Counted from the stretch's first letter, positions 41,473 to 53,008 are shown. The stretch: 64,000 nucleotides of DNA from an uncultured cyanobacterium (GCA_963703315.1 OY969811.1:4448001-4512000), one strand, 5' to 3'. The notes: generated by a model from the letters alone, not told the origin. Made by a program: numbers and translations.

Positions 41473-43608
41473 GTGAGAGTTCCCCTAGACTGTTACCGCA
41501 TTCTTGGTTTAACACACCTGTCAGGGCTAGACAAAATCCATCAAGCCCATCGCGATCGCCTGCTTTCCATGCCAAGGCGAGAATATTCTGATGCGGCGAT
41601 CGCCTCTCGCAAGCGCATCATCGATAAGGCTTATGAAACTTTGGTCGAAGGCAGTCAAGCCATTGTTGCTAGCACATTAGATGAACCAACTAGCGATCGC
41701 CCCAACTTAAACCTGCCCCCGCAAATCGAAGCTGACGAAAAAGACTTTTCAGGGTTGTTGCTAATTTTGTATGAACTCGGCGAATCCGAGAAAGTCCTTG
41801 CTCTTGCCAAGCCCTATTACGATCCTGAAGAAGCCGAGTACCAGTCCGCCCGAATCTCCCCCCATGATCCTGATCTACTACTTTCTGTGTCGCTTTCCTT
41901 CTTAGATCTTGGTCGAGAATATTGGAAACAAGGACAATATGAGTTGGCGGCGACCTCCCTAGAAGCAGCTCAAGAAATTTTATTGCGAGAAGGATTATTT
42001 CTAAGTATTCGCAGTGAAATTCAAGCTGACCTATTTCGCTTGCGCCCCTATCGCATCCTTGAATTGTTAGCGACTCCTGACAATCACACTAGTGAGCATC
42101 GCAGGGGGATGTCGCTTTTGCAAGAGATGCTAGATGCTCGTCGTGGTATTGACGGCTCAGGTAATGACTATTCCAGTCTCGGTATTGATGACTTTTTGCG
42201 ATTTATCCAGCAATTACGCAGCTACATGACAGCTATCGAGCAGCAAACTTTGTTTGAAGAAGAAGCCCGTCGTCCGTCATCGGTAGCTACTTATCTCGCT
42301 GTATATGCGTTGATTGCGCGTGGTTTTTCGCAACGTCAGCCAGCATTAATTCGTCGTGCTAAGGGTTTGCTGGTTAAACTCAGCGCGAAGCAAGATATTT
42401 ATCTAGAAAAAGCCGTTTGTGCTTTGCTACTGGGACAAACTGAAGAGGCAAGTGCGGCGATCGACAATAGCTCTGAAGAAGATCAAATCGCGTTTATTCG
42501 CCAAAATTCTGAAGGTGCGCCTGATTTATTGCCGGGGCTATGCTTATATAGCGAACGCTGGCTGCAAGAAGAAGTGTATCCGCATTTCCGTGATCTGATG
42601 AGTCAAATCGTCTCCCTTAAGGATTACTTTGCCGATGAGCAGGTGCAAGCATATTTAGAAGAACTACCCAATACTGGAGCCATGTCATCGGATTGGACTT
42701 CGCCTGTTGCATCCCTCTCTCCCCTAGATAGCCTGACTAGGGGCAGAAGTGATCTGGAAACTAGTGCTAATCCTGAGCCAAGCCTTTCTAGTTATGCGCC
42801 TGAGACTCCCAATCGGTTTCAGCGTGCTGCTACGCCCGTGATGGAGCGTCCCGCCTATACGGCTGCTGATAATACGGCACGAGATACTGTGCGAGATCCA
42901 GTGCGAGATTTACCGCGATCGCGCCGCCCCAATAATATTCCTCCTAGCAAAACCTCGAAGAATGTTAATGAAGCAGTTAAGGAAATTAAGCGTCCAGCCC
43001 AAGCTCATGCAGCTACATCTAAACGTAAATTTAAGGCAGGTCGTTTAGCGATCGTCATTGCGGTCGCGATCGCCCTAGTTGGTAGTTCTCTAGGTCTAGT
43101 GGTATGGGCATTTCGTTCCTTAAGCGGTTCTAGTTCCAGTGCATATACTCCCTTAGAAAAGCCCATCACCGCTTTAGCTCAGACTATCAAAGAAACAAAT
43201 ACCGTACCGACTGCTCAGCCTGGACCTATAGATAAGGAAACAGCAACTAAGGTCATCGAAACATGGCAAGCCACAAAAACCAAAGCTCTCGGTAAGACGT
43301 ATGAAGACAATCTCTTAGAAGAAATTTTGACTGATCCTGCTCTAAGTGATTGGAAAGCCCGTGCTAAGGATTTGAAAGCCAGTAACTCTTATTTGCAGTA
43401 TCAAGTTAAATCTAGTGAAGTTGATACTGTTACTCCTGACGGTGATAGTAAAGCTAAGGTCACTGCCAAAATCTCTGAGAGCCGTAATTATTTTTATAAT
43501 GGTGAGCTTGATCGCAGTGCCTCAAAAGATGACGCTAGCTATACAGTTGAGTATGACTTAGTGAAAAAAGATAATCGGTGGCTGATTCGGGAAATGTTAG
43601 TTTTCTAA
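41473..43608 (+). CDS. ftn2: Cell division protein Ftn2/ZipN (ARC6 homolog)
   Basis: MRVPLDCYRILG J-like domain, LRPYRILELL, DLLPGLCLYSERWL, TM, C-terminal IMS domain. Confidence 0.9.
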   Translation: MRVPLDCYRILGLTHLSGLDKIHQAHRDRLLSMPRREYSDAAIASRKRIIDKAYETLVEGSQAIVASTLDEPTSDRPNLNLPPQIEADEKDFSGLLLILYELGESEKVLALAKPYYDPEEAEYQSARISPHDPDLLLSVSLSFLDLGREYWKQGQYELAATSLEAAQEILLREGLFLSIRSEIQADLFRLRPYRILELLATPDNHTSEHRRGMSLLQEMLDARRGIDGSGNDYSSLGIDDFLRFIQQLRSYMTAIEQQTLFEEEARRPSSVATYLAVYALIARGFSQRQPALIRRAKGLLVKLSAKQDIYLEKAVCALLLGQTEEASAAIDNSSEEDQIAFIRQNSEGAPDLLPGLCLYSERWLQEEVYPHFRDLMSQIVSLKDYFADEQVQAYLEELPNTGAMSSDWTSPVASLSPLDSLTRGRSDLETSANPEPSLSSYAPETPNRFQRAATPVMERPAYTAADNTARDTVRDPVRDLPRSRRPNNIPPSKTSKNVNEAVKEIKRPAQAHAATSKRKFKAGRLAIVIAVAIALVGSSLGLVVWAFRSLSGSSSSAYTPLEKPITALAQTIKETNTVPTAQPGPIDKETATKVIETWQATKTKALGKTYEDNLLEEILTDPALSDWKARAKDLKASNSYLQYQVKSSEVDTVTPDGDSKAKVTAKISESRNYFYNGELDRSASKDDASYTVEYDLVKKDNRWLIREMLVF

Positions 43609-43695
43609 AAAGAATGGGGCGCTTTGCGCCCCATTCTTTTTAGATGTCGTCCAATAAGCGAGTGGCGGCGCAAAGCGCCGCCACTCGCTTATTGG
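43604..43695. terminator. Two adjacent palindromes between convergent ftn2 and recA
   Basis: 43604-43644 (loop TTT, includes the ftn2 stop) and 43651-43695 (loop AAA). Confidence 0.8.
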
Positions 43696-43720
43696 GTTTT
43701 TGTCTTCACAAGAATTTGGA

Positions 43721-44860
43721 TTAGAAATCGTCTGGAGGTAATTCATCATCTTCAGGTTCAATTTCTTCGGGAACAACCTTAGTTGCCGAAACTGCTACAC
43801 CTGCGGAGAGTTTTTCACGGACTTGCCTTTCCACATCTTGAGCAAATTCGGGTTTGTCTTCCATATATTTGATCGTATTGTCGCGACCCTGACCAATGTT
43901 GTCGCCTTGGTAGCTGTACCATGCCCCCTTACGGACGATGATACTCATTTCTTCAGCAAGATCGACCAGACAGCCAATAGTAGAGATGCCTTTGCCAAAG
44001 ATAATGTCAAATTCGGCAATACGGAAAGGTGGGGCAACTTTGTTTTTGGCAACCTTGACCTTAGCGCGGATACCAAATTCTTCTGTACCTTTTTTAAGGG
44101 TTTGAATACGACGAATATCTAAACGGACTGAGGCATAAAATTTTAGGGCAGTTCCACCTGTGGTGACTTCAGGACTACCATAGGATACGCCGATTTTTTG
44201 GCGCAACTGGTTTAAGAAAATGACGATGCAATTGGATCTGCCAACATTGGCGGTGATTTTACGGAGAGCTTGGCTCATCAAACGTGCTTGCAAACCAACA
44301 TGGGACGCGCCCATTTCCCCTTCAATTTCCGCACGAGGCACAAGAGCCGCTACTGAGTCGATCGCAATGATATCCACTGCCATCGATCGCACGAGGTTAT
44401 CGACAATTTCCAGCGCCATTTCCCCTGAGTCGGGCTGGGAAATCAGCAAATTATCAATATCAACACCCACAGCCGCTGCATAAGTTGGATCGAGGGCGTG
44501 TTCCGCATCAACGAAGGCAGCCACACCACCACGCTTTTGGACTTCGGCGATCGCATGAAGTACTAAAGTTGTTTTACCAGAGCTTTCGGGACCATATACT
44601 TCGATTACCCGTCCTTTGGGCAAGCCACCACCTAGGGCAAGATCGAGGGGTAATGCGCCACTGGGAATGGTCTCGACCCGCATATTCGTAGCATCACCCA
44701 AACGCATAATTGCGCCTTTGCCGTGATCCTTCTCGATTTTTTGCATGATTGCATCGAGTGCCTTCTTTTTCTCAGGACTGATGCTGGATTTGGTCGCTTG
44801 GGCGATCGCCGCCGTTTTATCAGCCTGACTATTTGCCGTCGCAGAGGAATTTTTCGCCAT
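43721..44860 (-). CDS. recA: Recombinase A
   Basis: [37 protein letters not shown]. Confidence 0.99.
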   Translation of the reverse strand: MAKNSSATANSQADKTAAIAQATKSSISPEKKKALDAIMQKIEKDHGKGAIMRLGDATNMRVETIPSGALPLDLALGGGLPKGRVIEVYGPESSGKTTLVLHAIAEVQKRGGVAAFVDAEHALDPTYAAAVGVDIDNLLISQPDSGEMALEIVDNLVRSMAVDIIAIDSVAALVPRAEIEGEMGASHVGLQARLMSQALRKITANVGRSNCIVIFLNQLRQKIGVSYGSPEVTTGGTALKFYASVRLDIRRIQTLKKGTEEFGIRAKVKVAKNKVAPPFRIAEFDIIFGKGISTIGCLVDLAEEMSIIVRKGAWYSYQGDNIGQGRDNTIKYMEDKPEFAQDVERQVREKLSAGVAVSATKVVPEEIEPEDDELPPDDF

Positions 44861-45249
44861 TACCGTTCGAGGTGTAGTTCGTCTAATACGTCTGCCTCAT
44901 TATGACACTAAGCTTCTAATTTTGAGGGATTAAATCTACACTGAATTTTAAGTGATTGCCTTGCAGACACTTGAATTTAGATATTTGTACTAAAAAATCG
45001 CAACATTTATTTAGGTATATGGTGTTTCACAGTCTAGTGAAATACGGGATTATTTTCCCGCCGAAGGCAGGAAAATAATCCTTTGTACAAAAGTCTTATA
45101 TGGCGATCGCCACTTTGGCTAAAAAGTAGATGCGGCGCTTTACGCCGCATCTACTTTTTAGATTTAGATTTTGTGCTAAAAGAAACGCAACATTTGTAAA
45201 TTCTAGTGTCAGAATTAAGATAGGTAATTTTCTCTAAAGGTCTACTAGT

Positions 45250-45795
45250 ATGTCTGCGGAACATCCGCCAGTTATGTTGGTGGACGGCTATAACGTGATT
45301 GGACTATGGCGATCCTTGCAGGAGACGAGAGATCTGCAAGGGTTTGACGTGGCGCGATCGCTTTTAACCGAGACAATGGTGAACTTTAGTGCCTATCATG
45401 GCTATAAAACCACATTGGTATTTGATGCATACGTGCAAGCAACTCCTGCCAAAGCCGAAAAAATCACCAAAAATTTAAAGCTATATTTCACAGACCATAA
45501 CGAAACTGCGGATACTTATATCGAACGTCAATGTGGCAAATACCGACGTGATCCGCTTAGACATTTAAAAAGAATTATCGTGGTCACATCTGATCGCGCT
45601 CAACAACTCACTGCCGTTGGCTTTGGTGCTGAGTGGCTATCGGCAACAGCATTAGAACAGGAAGTAGAAGCAACCCTGCGATCGGTACAAAGTCGTCAAA
45701 AACCCCAAAAGGCTAATACTAGTAATCTTTTGGGTAATCGGATTGATAGTAAGACTAAAGCTCAATTAGCGAAGTGGCGCAATAGTCTAAATTAG
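45250..45795 (+). CDS. NYN domain (YacP-like) ribonuclease
   Basis: LVDGYNVIG, VFDA, ETADTYIE, VVTSD. Confidence 0.88.
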   Translation: MSAEHPPVMLVDGYNVIGLWRSLQETRDLQGFDVARSLLTETMVNFSAYHGYKTTLVFDAYVQATPAKAEKITKNLKLYFTDHNETADTYIERQCGKYRRDPLRHLKRIIVVTSDRAQQLTAVGFGAEWLSATALEQEVEATLRSVQSRQKPQKANTSNLLGNRIDSKTKAQLAKWRNSLN

Positions 45796-45828
45796 CATTT
45801 CAAACCAAACCCAAGAAGCGAGTTGCGG

Positions 45829-46872
45829 TTAGCCAATTTGATAGGTTTGGTTTCTACCTAATTCCTTTGCTCGATACAGAGCATAGTCGGCGGCTGTCAG
45901 TAAAACAGAAGGATTAGAATCAATTTTAGGAATTAAAGAAGTAACTCCCATACTCAAAGTCACAAACTCGCTCACTGCCGAATCTTCGTGGGGAATCTCT
46001 AAATCTAATAGCCCATGACGAATACATTCAGCAATCTGCATCGCGCCTTCGATATCTGTATTCGGCAAGACCACCACAAACTCTTCTCCTCCATAACGAG
46101 CAGCCAAGTCCGCAGGACGACGTACCGATTGCTTAATTAAACTGGAAACCTTGCGTAAACAATCATCGCCAATGATATGTCCGTAAGTATCGTTATAGTT
46201 TTTAAAAAAATCAATATCACACATAATCAAGGATAAAGGCATCTGCTCACGAGCCAGTCTCTGCCATTCCTGATCTAGATATTCATCAAAACAACGACGA
46301 TTAGCAATTTGCGTTAAACCATCTAGGTTAACTAACTGTCCTAGCTTCTCATTAGCTTCTTGCAACAATGTTTCGGCAATAATCCGACTATTAACTTCCT
46401 GTATAAGGCGTTCATTTTGCTGCTGTAACTGTCTTTGCAATCTTCGCAATGCAAGCTGATTCTCAACTCTTGCCAATACTTCCGCAATTTGAAATGGCTT
46501 AGTAATGTAATCGACACCACCCACCGCAAAAGCTTGTACCTTATCTAAAACCTCATCTCGCGCACTGATAAAAATGACAGGAATATCATGAGTCAGATCA
46601 TTGGACTTGAGTTGTTCACAAACCTCAAATCCATTCATACTTGGCATATTAATATCTAACAGCACTAAGTCAGGCAATTTGCGCTGCACGTCAGATAATG
46701 CCACTAAGCCATCGTTTACACCGCGTGCTTCATAACCTTTGCGCGTCAGCATGGTAATTAGCAAATGCAGATTAGGCGGCGTATCATCAATGACTAAAAT
46801 ATAATCTTTTCTAGGGGCTTCAGGCGGCTGCATTTTCCTATCTTCAGGACATTTTGGACATTGTGAACGCAA
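45829..46872 (-). CDS. PleD-like response regulator diguanylate cyclase (REC-GGDEF)
   Basis: ILVIDD, LLDINMP, DGLTQIANRR, RPAD I-site, RYGGEEF. Start may be the later ATG (MQPPE). Confidence 0.92.
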   Translation of the reverse strand: MRSQCPKCPEDRKMQPPEAPRKDYILVIDDTPPNLHLLITMLTRKGYEARGVNDGLVALSDVQRKLPDLVLLDINMPSMNGFEVCEQLKSNDLTHDIPVIFISARDEVLDKVQAFAVGGVDYITKPFQIAEVLARVENQLALRRLQRQLQQQNERLIQEVNSRIIAETLLQEANEKLGQLVNLDGLTQIANRRCFDEYLDQEWQRLAREQMPLSLIMCDIDFFKNYNDTYGHIIGDDCLRKVSSLIKQSVRRPADLAARYGGEEFVVVLPNTDIEGAMQIAECIRHGLLDLEIPHEDSAVSEFVTLSMGVTSLIPKIDSNPSVLLTAADYALYRAKELGRNQTYQIG

Positions 46873-46940
46873 TATTAAAATTTACTACTTTACTTGATTT
46901 CTTAGAAATTATTTGCAATGTATTAATTTTAATTCATTCA

Positions 46941-47035
46941 TATAGCGTTTCACAGCCTAGGGAAATACGGGATTGTTTACCCACCGATGCTGGGGAAACA
47001 ATCCTCTGTAACTCGCTTGCTTGAAAAGCGCTATA
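46941..47035. mobile_element. 95-bp MITE-like element (TATAGCG...CGCTATA ends)
   Basis: TIR-like ends and an internal GGATTGTTT..AAACAATCC hairpin. Truncated homolog at 45018-45087. Confidence 0.65.
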
Positions 47036-47062
47036 AAGTTTTTTTGTCTTACGGAGACTGCG

Positions 47063-47164
47063 AAGTATCTAAGCATAATTAAAAACCAGAGCAAAAACCT
47101 GTGGCGCACGCTGCGCGTGCGCCACAGGTTTTTGGGTTTTATATTTAATTGCGCCCAGATACTT
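47063..47164. mobile_element. 102-bp MITE-like element (AAGTATCT...AGATACTT ends)
   Basis: Imperfect ~21-bp TIR; internal AAAAACCTGTGGCGCACGC-TGC-GCGTGCGCCACAGGTTTTT. Confidence 0.72.
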
Positions 47165-47300
47165 AGAGATAATTCCTAAAATTGATTCTACTGAGTGAAA
47201 ATGATTGCGCTTTACTGAGGATTGCTATATCAGCTAGTATGGTGATGTTCAGCACTTTTTAAAGTCTTAACATAGAATTTTTAATTATTTGTGTCAGCTA

Positions 47301-48047
47301 ATGTCTAGTAGTGCATCTCAAAGAATCAATCTATCAGGAAGCGCTTTGGGAATGGTCTCAACTATTAGTTTTCCTGCGATCGTAGGAACGGCTGATATGA
47401 TGCTCAAGTCCGCAACGGTGCGACTAGTGGGGTACGAAAAAGTTGGTAATGGCTTTTGTACAGCAATCATTCGGGGGCAAATCACTGATGTACGGATGGC
47501 GGTAGAAGCAGGAGCAGAAACCGCTAGAGAATTTGGTCAACTCGTATCCACGATTGTGATTCCGCGTCCTTACCCGAACTTAGAAGCGATTTTGCCGATT
47601 AGTAGTCGCCTTAGTCAATTGACCGATGGGCAATATAGCCGTCTCAGTAATCAAGCGATCGGTTTATTAGAAACAAGGGGATTTCCTGCAATGGTAGGGG
47701 CTGCGGATATGATGTTGAAATCCGCCGATGTACAGCTAGCAGGCTATGAAACTATTGGCGCAGGACTATGTACGGCAATAATTCGGGGTAATGTTGCGGA
47801 TGTGGCGATCGCGATCGAGTCAGGTATGTATGAAGCTGAACGCATTGGTGAGTTTCATACTTTGATGATTATTCCTCGTCCCCTTGATGACCTCGAAGAA
47901 ACTCTGCCCACTTCCGACTATTGGATCGAGTCACCAGTACCTGTAAATATTCCAATGATTGCTTTACAAGAACAAGAAAGAGAATTAGTGCAATTGCCAA
48001 ACTTAGAAATTGCAGAAGTTGAAACCATCTCCATAGGCGATCGCTAG
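47301..48047 (+). CDS. ccmO: Carboxysome tandem BMC shell protein CcmO
   Basis: Two BMC domains (ALGMVSTISFPAIVGTADMMLKSA; AIGLLETRGFPAMVGAADMMLKSA). ATG 47301. Confidence 0.9.
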   Translation: MSSSASQRINLSGSALGMVSTISFPAIVGTADMMLKSATVRLVGYEKVGNGFCTAIIRGQITDVRMAVEAGAETAREFGQLVSTIVIPRPYPNLEAILPISSRLSQLTDGQYSRLSNQAIGLLETRGFPAMVGAADMMLKSADVQLAGYETIGAGLCTAIIRGNVADVAIAIESGMYEAERIGEFHTLMIIPRPLDDLEETLPTSDYWIESPVPVNIPMIALQEQERELVQLPNLEIAEVETISIGDR

Positions 48048-48585
48048 TTGATCAAGAGAGTGGCGGTGCTTTGCACCAACACTCTCTTTTGTTTTTAGAT
48101 CTCGCAAGCACATACACTAACTTTTACTAAATAAGCCAGCTTTATATACATTATTTAGATTTATCATGGCGGCTTATATTGTCAAATGTACCGCCACTCG
48201 TTATCGTAGATATAAAGATAGAGTTGAATGTATTTATATTATTTAACTTCTCTGATTATTCAGATTTATCATGTCTAGGTCTGTAGTAACAAATACCTAT
48301 CTAAATATTTTTTAGATAATTAATTACAACAGAATCGCCAAAACATATCTGTAAATTAGCTGCGAAAAGCTAGCTGCAAAAGTAGCTGTGTAAAAACACC
48401 TGCGTAAGCGCCAAGCGTCATCTCATTTTTATTTTGTATTAAAAATTTAAAATTTGATGTTTTAAGCGAACCGATCGTAGCTAAGATCAATAGTTGCGCT
48501 CGTGCATCTACATCTGAATCTGATTGATAGATAAACCGCGAGAACTTCAGTTTTTTAGAGAGTCGTAAGGACACTGGCTTAAATT

Positions 48586-48894
48586 ATGCCGATCGCTATT
48601 GGAATGATCGAAACTAGGGGCTTCCCCGCAGTTGTAGAAGCTGCTGATGCCATGGTTAAGGCTGCTCGCGTCACCCTTGTGGGTTACGAAAAAATCGGCA
48701 GTGGACGGGTAACAGTAATCATTAGAGGTGATATCTCTGAGGTAACTGCATCCATTGCTGCTGGTGTTGAAGGTGCAAAACGAGTTAATGGTGGCGAAGT
48801 CGTTTCGACTCATACCATTGCCCGACCACAGGAAAACCTAGAGTATGTACTACCAATTCGCTATACGCGAGAAGTAGAGCAATTTGCCTTTTAA
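48586..48894 (+). CDS. ccmK2: Carboxysome shell protein CcmK (CcmK2-like, short)
   Basis: [31 protein letters not shown]; 102 aa. Confidence 0.88.
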   Translation: MPIAIGMIETRGFPAVVEAADAMVKAARVTLVGYEKIGSGRVTVIIRGDISEVTASIAAGVEGAKRVNGGEVVSTHTIARPQENLEYVLPIRYTREVEQFAF

Positions 48895-49009
48895 GTTTGC
48901 TTTTTAAATGTACTTCTTTAAGATTGTCTCAAAAGGACTTTCCAAAAAAAGTATCAAAAGACTAAATTTTCATTAATTTCATTATTTGTTTTTTAGGAGA
49001 ACATAAATT

Positions 49010-49351
49010 ATGGCGATCGCAGTTGGAATGATTGAAACCCTTGGTTTCCCTGCCGTTGTAGAAGCAGCCGATGCTATGGTCAAAGCTGCTCGTGTCACCT
49101 TAGTTGGTTACGAAAAGATCGGTAGTGGTCGTGTAACCGTTATCGTTCGTGGCGATGTCTCTGAAGTACAAGCTTCAGTAGCCGCAGGTACTGACTCAGT
49201 AAAGCGTGTTAACGGTGGACAAGTTCTTTCTACCCACATCATTGCTCGTCCTCACGAAAACCTCGAATACGTTCTACCGATTCGCTACACCGAAGAAGTC
49301 GAGCAGTTTCGTGACAACGTAAACTCCATCCGTCCTATTAACCGTCCATAG
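49010..49351 (+). CDS. ccmK1: Carboxysome shell protein CcmK (CcmK1-like, C-terminal extension)
   Basis: [20 protein letters not shown]; ~10-aa C-terminal tail; AGGAG RBS. Confidence 0.9.
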   Translation: MAIAVGMIETLGFPAVVEAADAMVKAARVTLVGYEKIGSGRVTVIVRGDVSEVQASVAAGTDSVKRVNGGQVLSTHIIARPHENLEYVLPIRYTEEVEQFRDNVNSIRPINRP

Positions 49352-49471
49352 TTAGGGCTGAACTAGCGCGATCGCTTTTTTCGTCTTTAATTATTTCCTG
49401 CTGTATTTTTACGGCAATTGCTAAGCCACCATTGCGCCAGCTTCCACATTTGTCCACGTACTTAAAGCAAT

Positions 49472-49780
49472 ATGCAAATCGCTAAAGTTTGCGGTACGGT
49501 CGTCAGTACCTACAAAGACTCCAATCTATCTGGAACCAAGTTCCTGCTTTTACAAATCGTTGATCTGCAAGGGCAGTTACTTCCAGACTATGAAGTGGCA
49601 ACTGATACTGTCGGTGCTGGCGTAGATGAATGGGTACTGTTTACTCGTGGTAGTGGCGCAAGGCAAGTGCGAGATAGCGCAAACCGTCCCATTGATGCAG
49701 CAGTTATTGCCATCATTGACACAGTGAGCCTAAGCGATCGTACTCTCTATAGCAAGAAATATAGCGAGAGAATGCAGTAG
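49472..49780 (+). CDS. ccmL: Carboxysome pentamer vertex protein
   Basis: MQIAKVCGTVVST, DTVGAGVDEWVL, GSGAR, DAAVIAIID. Confidence 0.95.
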   Translation: MQIAKVCGTVVSTYKDSNLSGTKFLLLQIVDLQGQLLPDYEVATDTVGAGVDEWVLFTRGSGARQVRDSANRPIDAAVIAIIDTVSLSDRTLYSKKYSERMQ

Positions 49781-49935
49781 CCATATAGAGAAAATATGTA
49801 CCGATCAGCGCTAGTAAGTAAAATTTCTCCGACATTGTCGCTTAAGTTGTTATTTGGAGGAGCGCTTTTAAGCCGCTTATGAATTTGATATTGATAGTCA
49901 AAATATAAGCAAAACTTAAAAGTGCGGATTTCAGT

Positions 49936-51981
49936 ATGGTAGTTCGTAGCTTTGCTGCCCCTCCTACACCTTGGTCTAGGAAATTAGCAGAACCCAAAAT
50001 TGATCCATCAGCCTACGTTCATTCTTTTTCTAATTTGATTGGCGATGTCCACATCGGCGCAAATGTCTTGATTGCCCCTGGCACTTCAATTCGTGCAGAC
50101 GAAGGCAACCCTTTTCATATTGGCAATAGTACAAACGTTCAAGATGGCGTAGTCATTCATGGTCTGGAAAAAGGTCGTGTGATTGGCGATGACGGTAAAG
50201 AATATTCCGTCTGGATTGGTGACAGTACCTCAATCACACACATGGCTCTGATTCATGGACCAGCTTATGTTGGCAACAACTGCTTCATTGGGTTCCGCTC
50301 AACAGTATTTAATGCCAGAGTCGGTGATGGCTGCATTATTTCCTTACACGCTCTTGTCCAAGATGTAGAAATTCCTGCGGGTAAATATGTTCCTTCTGGC
50401 GCAGTGATTACAACTCAGCAACAAGCCGATCTGCTACCGAATGTACGGGCATCAGAACAAAGCTTTGCTAGTCACGTTGTCGGTATTAACGAGTCCTTGA
50501 GAGAAGGTTATCGCTGTGCTGCTGATATTGCTTGCATTACACCGATTCGCCAGCAACAAGAGAACTCGGCACAGCCAAGTAGTAATCCTGCCAAAAATTT
50601 TAATAAACAGCTTAATACGCAAAATTCTAATCAAATTAATCACAATCTTACAGATATACAAGCACAGAGGACTGGATCTATGGCTGGGGATTTAGCGCAG
50701 CAAATACGACAAATTTTAGCTCAGGGCCATCATGTTGGTGCTGAGTACGCAGATGAAAGAAGATTTCGCACAGGTTCTTGGCAATCTTGCGCGATTCCGC
50801 ATACATCTGAAGCCTCTACAGTCATTGCGGCTGTACAAGCAGCACTCGTTGAAAATGAAGGTGACTATGTTCGCATCTTTGGTGTTGATCCCAAAGCAAA
50901 GCGTCGTCTTGCAGAAACAATTGTGCAACGCCCCAGTGATAAGCCTGCGGTAATTAGCAATGCAACCCCTAGTCATGGAGCTAGCAATGGCTACAAAGCA
51001 CCATCAGCTACATCCAATGGTGCAGCTAGTGCTAGCAATGCCGATATTTCTGGTCAAGTACGTCAACTGTTGGCTCAAGGCTATCGCATCAGTACTGAGT
51101 ATGCTGATGCGCGTCGCTTCCGTTCAGCCGCTTGGCAAACTGGTCCTGCGATCGATGCATCAAATGAATCCACAGTAATTGCGGCATTAAATAGCATTCT
51201 TGCTGAGCATGAAGGTGAATATGTTCGTTTAGTCGGTGTTGATCCTAAAGCAAAGCGCCGCGTCGTCGAAACCATCATTCAACGTGCTGATGGTAGTGCC
51301 GTGAGCATTGGTAAGTCCAATGGTAATGGAGCCGCAGCCAGCTATAGCGCCCCTCGCCCTAGTAATGGCAATGGTGTAGCTAATGACGTATCAACTACTG
51401 TGGGTCAACTATTGGCTCAAGGTCATCGAATTAGTGTTGAACACGCCGATGAGCGTCATTTCCGTACTACTTCTTGGCAGACGCTTCCTGCGATTACAGC
51501 TAACAATCCAGCCGCCGCGATCGCCGCTTTAGAAAATTACATTGCTGAATACAGTGATGAGTATGTGCGTCTTGTTGGCGTTGATCCTAAAGCAAAGCGC
51601 CGCGTCGTCGAATTGTTAGTCCATCGTCCAAATGGTCAGCCTGTCGCCGTAACTCGCACTGCGGTTAAGGTAAATAACTCTAGTAATAGTTCTTACGGTG
51701 GCGGTAGTGCTGGCAAGATTAGCGCTGATATGATGACCCGCATTCGTCAACTTTTGTCTCAGGGCTATCGCATTGGTACTGAACACGCCGATGAACGTCA
51801 TTTCCGCACTAGTTCTTGGCATAGCTGCTCACCGATCGCTGCGGCTAACGAGTCTGAAGTAATTCGTGCTTTAGAAGCTTGTTTGGCTGAACATGGTGAT
51901 GAGTATGTGCGTTTGCTTGGTATTGATACCAAAGCCAAGCGCCGTGTATTTGAAGGCATAATTCAACGGCCTGCAAAGTAA
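49936..51981 (+). CDS. ccmM: CcmM: gamma-carbonic anhydrase domain + four RbcS-like (SSUL) domains
   Basis: [12 protein letters not shown], hexapeptide repeats, four EY/HAD.RxFR..W repeats. Confidence 0.97.
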   Translation: MVVRSFAAPPTPWSRKLAEPKIDPSAYVHSFSNLIGDVHIGANVLIAPGTSIRADEGNPFHIGNSTNVQDGVVIHGLEKGRVIGDDGKEYSVWIGDSTSITHMALIHGPAYVGNNCFIGFRSTVFNARVGDGCIISLHALVQDVEIPAGKYVPSGAVITTQQQADLLPNVRASEQSFASHVVGINESLREGYRCAADIACITPIRQQQENSAQPSSNPAKNFNKQLNTQNSNQINHNLTDIQAQRTGSMAGDLAQQIRQILAQGHHVGAEYADERRFRTGSWQSCAIPHTSEASTVIAAVQAALVENEGDYVRIFGVDPKAKRRLAETIVQRPSDKPAVISNATPSHGASNGYKAPSATSNGAASASNADISGQVRQLLAQGYRISTEYADARRFRSAAWQTGPAIDASNESTVIAALNSILAEHEGEYVRLVGVDPKAKRRVVETIIQRADGSAVSIGKSNGNGAAASYSAPRPSNGNGVANDVSTTVGQLLAQGHRISVEHADERHFRTTSWQTLPAITANNPAAAIAALENYIAEYSDEYVRLVGVDPKAKRRVVELLVHRPNGQPVAVTRTAVKVNNSSNSSYGGGSAGKISADMMTRIRQLLSQGYRIGTEHADERHFRTSSWHSCSPIAAANESEVIRALEACLAEHGDEYVRLLGIDTKAKRRVFEGIIQRPAK

Positions 51982-52165
51982 CGTGATTTAGAGAACCTCG
52001 CTTTGCGAGGTTCTCTAAATATTAGGGATAAATATCAGGTTTGACTTCAGCAAAAATCGCTGTAGAAGTCAGTGAATTAAAAACCAGCCCCAACAAGGGT
52101 TTTCAAAACTAAAAACGGCTACACCATTTTTAGTTTTGGTATTAGAGAATCTAGCAAATAATGTA

Positions 52166-53008
52166 ATGCAATCGAACTACTTACCACCTTTAGAACCGAT
52201 CGGAGATTTTCGCTCCTACGTTTGTGGGGATGTAGTGATCGATCAGACTGCGGCGATCGCCTCTGGGGTATTGATTCAAGCAGATCATGGTGGACAAATT
52301 ATTATCGCGGCGGGTGTATGTATTGGCATGGGAGCTGTACTACACGCACAGGGTGGATTATTAGAAATTGGCGCAGGGGCAAACTTAGGGGCAGGGGTGC
52401 TGGTTTATGGCAGTAGTAAAATTGGTGAAGGTGCTTGTATTGGGGCTTCCAGTTCCATTGTTCGGGCTGTAATTGCCAAAGGGGCGATCGTGCCACCATG
52501 CTCTTTGATTAGTGGTTTAGAACAAAGTTCTGTAGAAAAAGAAGCTAGCCCTGCGATCGCTCAAGAATTAGAGACCAAGAATACTGCTGTTTCTGCTCAG
52601 GCTTCACCCACAAATTATTCTTTTACACATACCTATTCATCGGCAAATCCTTTAAATCCTCCTTTAACTAATTCTGATATTAATGAAAATATTGTAGGGC
52701 GATCGACCACAGAAACCCATGTGCATACGAATGTGACGGCAACTCCTGAAAGTTTAGTTGCTAATTCTGTTGAGCGCACAGTTACCGAAACTCAAGTTGA
52801 AATCCCTACAAATTCTATTTCTGAGCCACCATTAGAATCTGGAGAAGCTGAACAACAGTCTGGGGCGGATATATTAGAAAATACAGACCCTAATCCAATG
52901 ATGGGATCGGATATTTCGACAATCACTAGTGCTAATTCTGCTCAAGCTAAAGCTTACGCCCAGTCTCAAATTAATCGCTACATCAAAAGACTTTTTCCTC
53001 AAAATTAA
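52166..53008 (+). CDS. ccmN: Carboxysome protein CcmN
   Basis: LPPL..YVCGDV, hexapeptide repeats, low-complexity linker, C-terminal encapsulation-peptide-like AYAQSQINRYIKRLFP. Confidence 0.88.
   Translation: MQSNYLPPLEPIGDFRSYVCGDVVIDQTAAIASGVLIQADHGGQIIIAAGVCIGMGAVLHAQGGLLEIGAGANLGAGVLVYGSSKIGEGACIGASSSIVRAVIAKGAIVPPCSLISGLEQSSVEKEASPAIAQELETKNTAVSAQASPTNYSFTHTYSSANPLNPPLTNSDINENIVGRSTTETHVHTNVTATPESLVANSVERTVTETQVEIPTNSISEPPLESGEAEQQSGADILENTDPNPMMGSDISTITSANSAQAKAYAQSQINRYIKRLFPQN

Noticed and set aside
44978..44993. LexA box upstream of recA
   Set aside because: The minus strand reads TAGTACAAATATCTA. Only one half-site fits RGTAC-N3-DGTWC, which is too weak to call.
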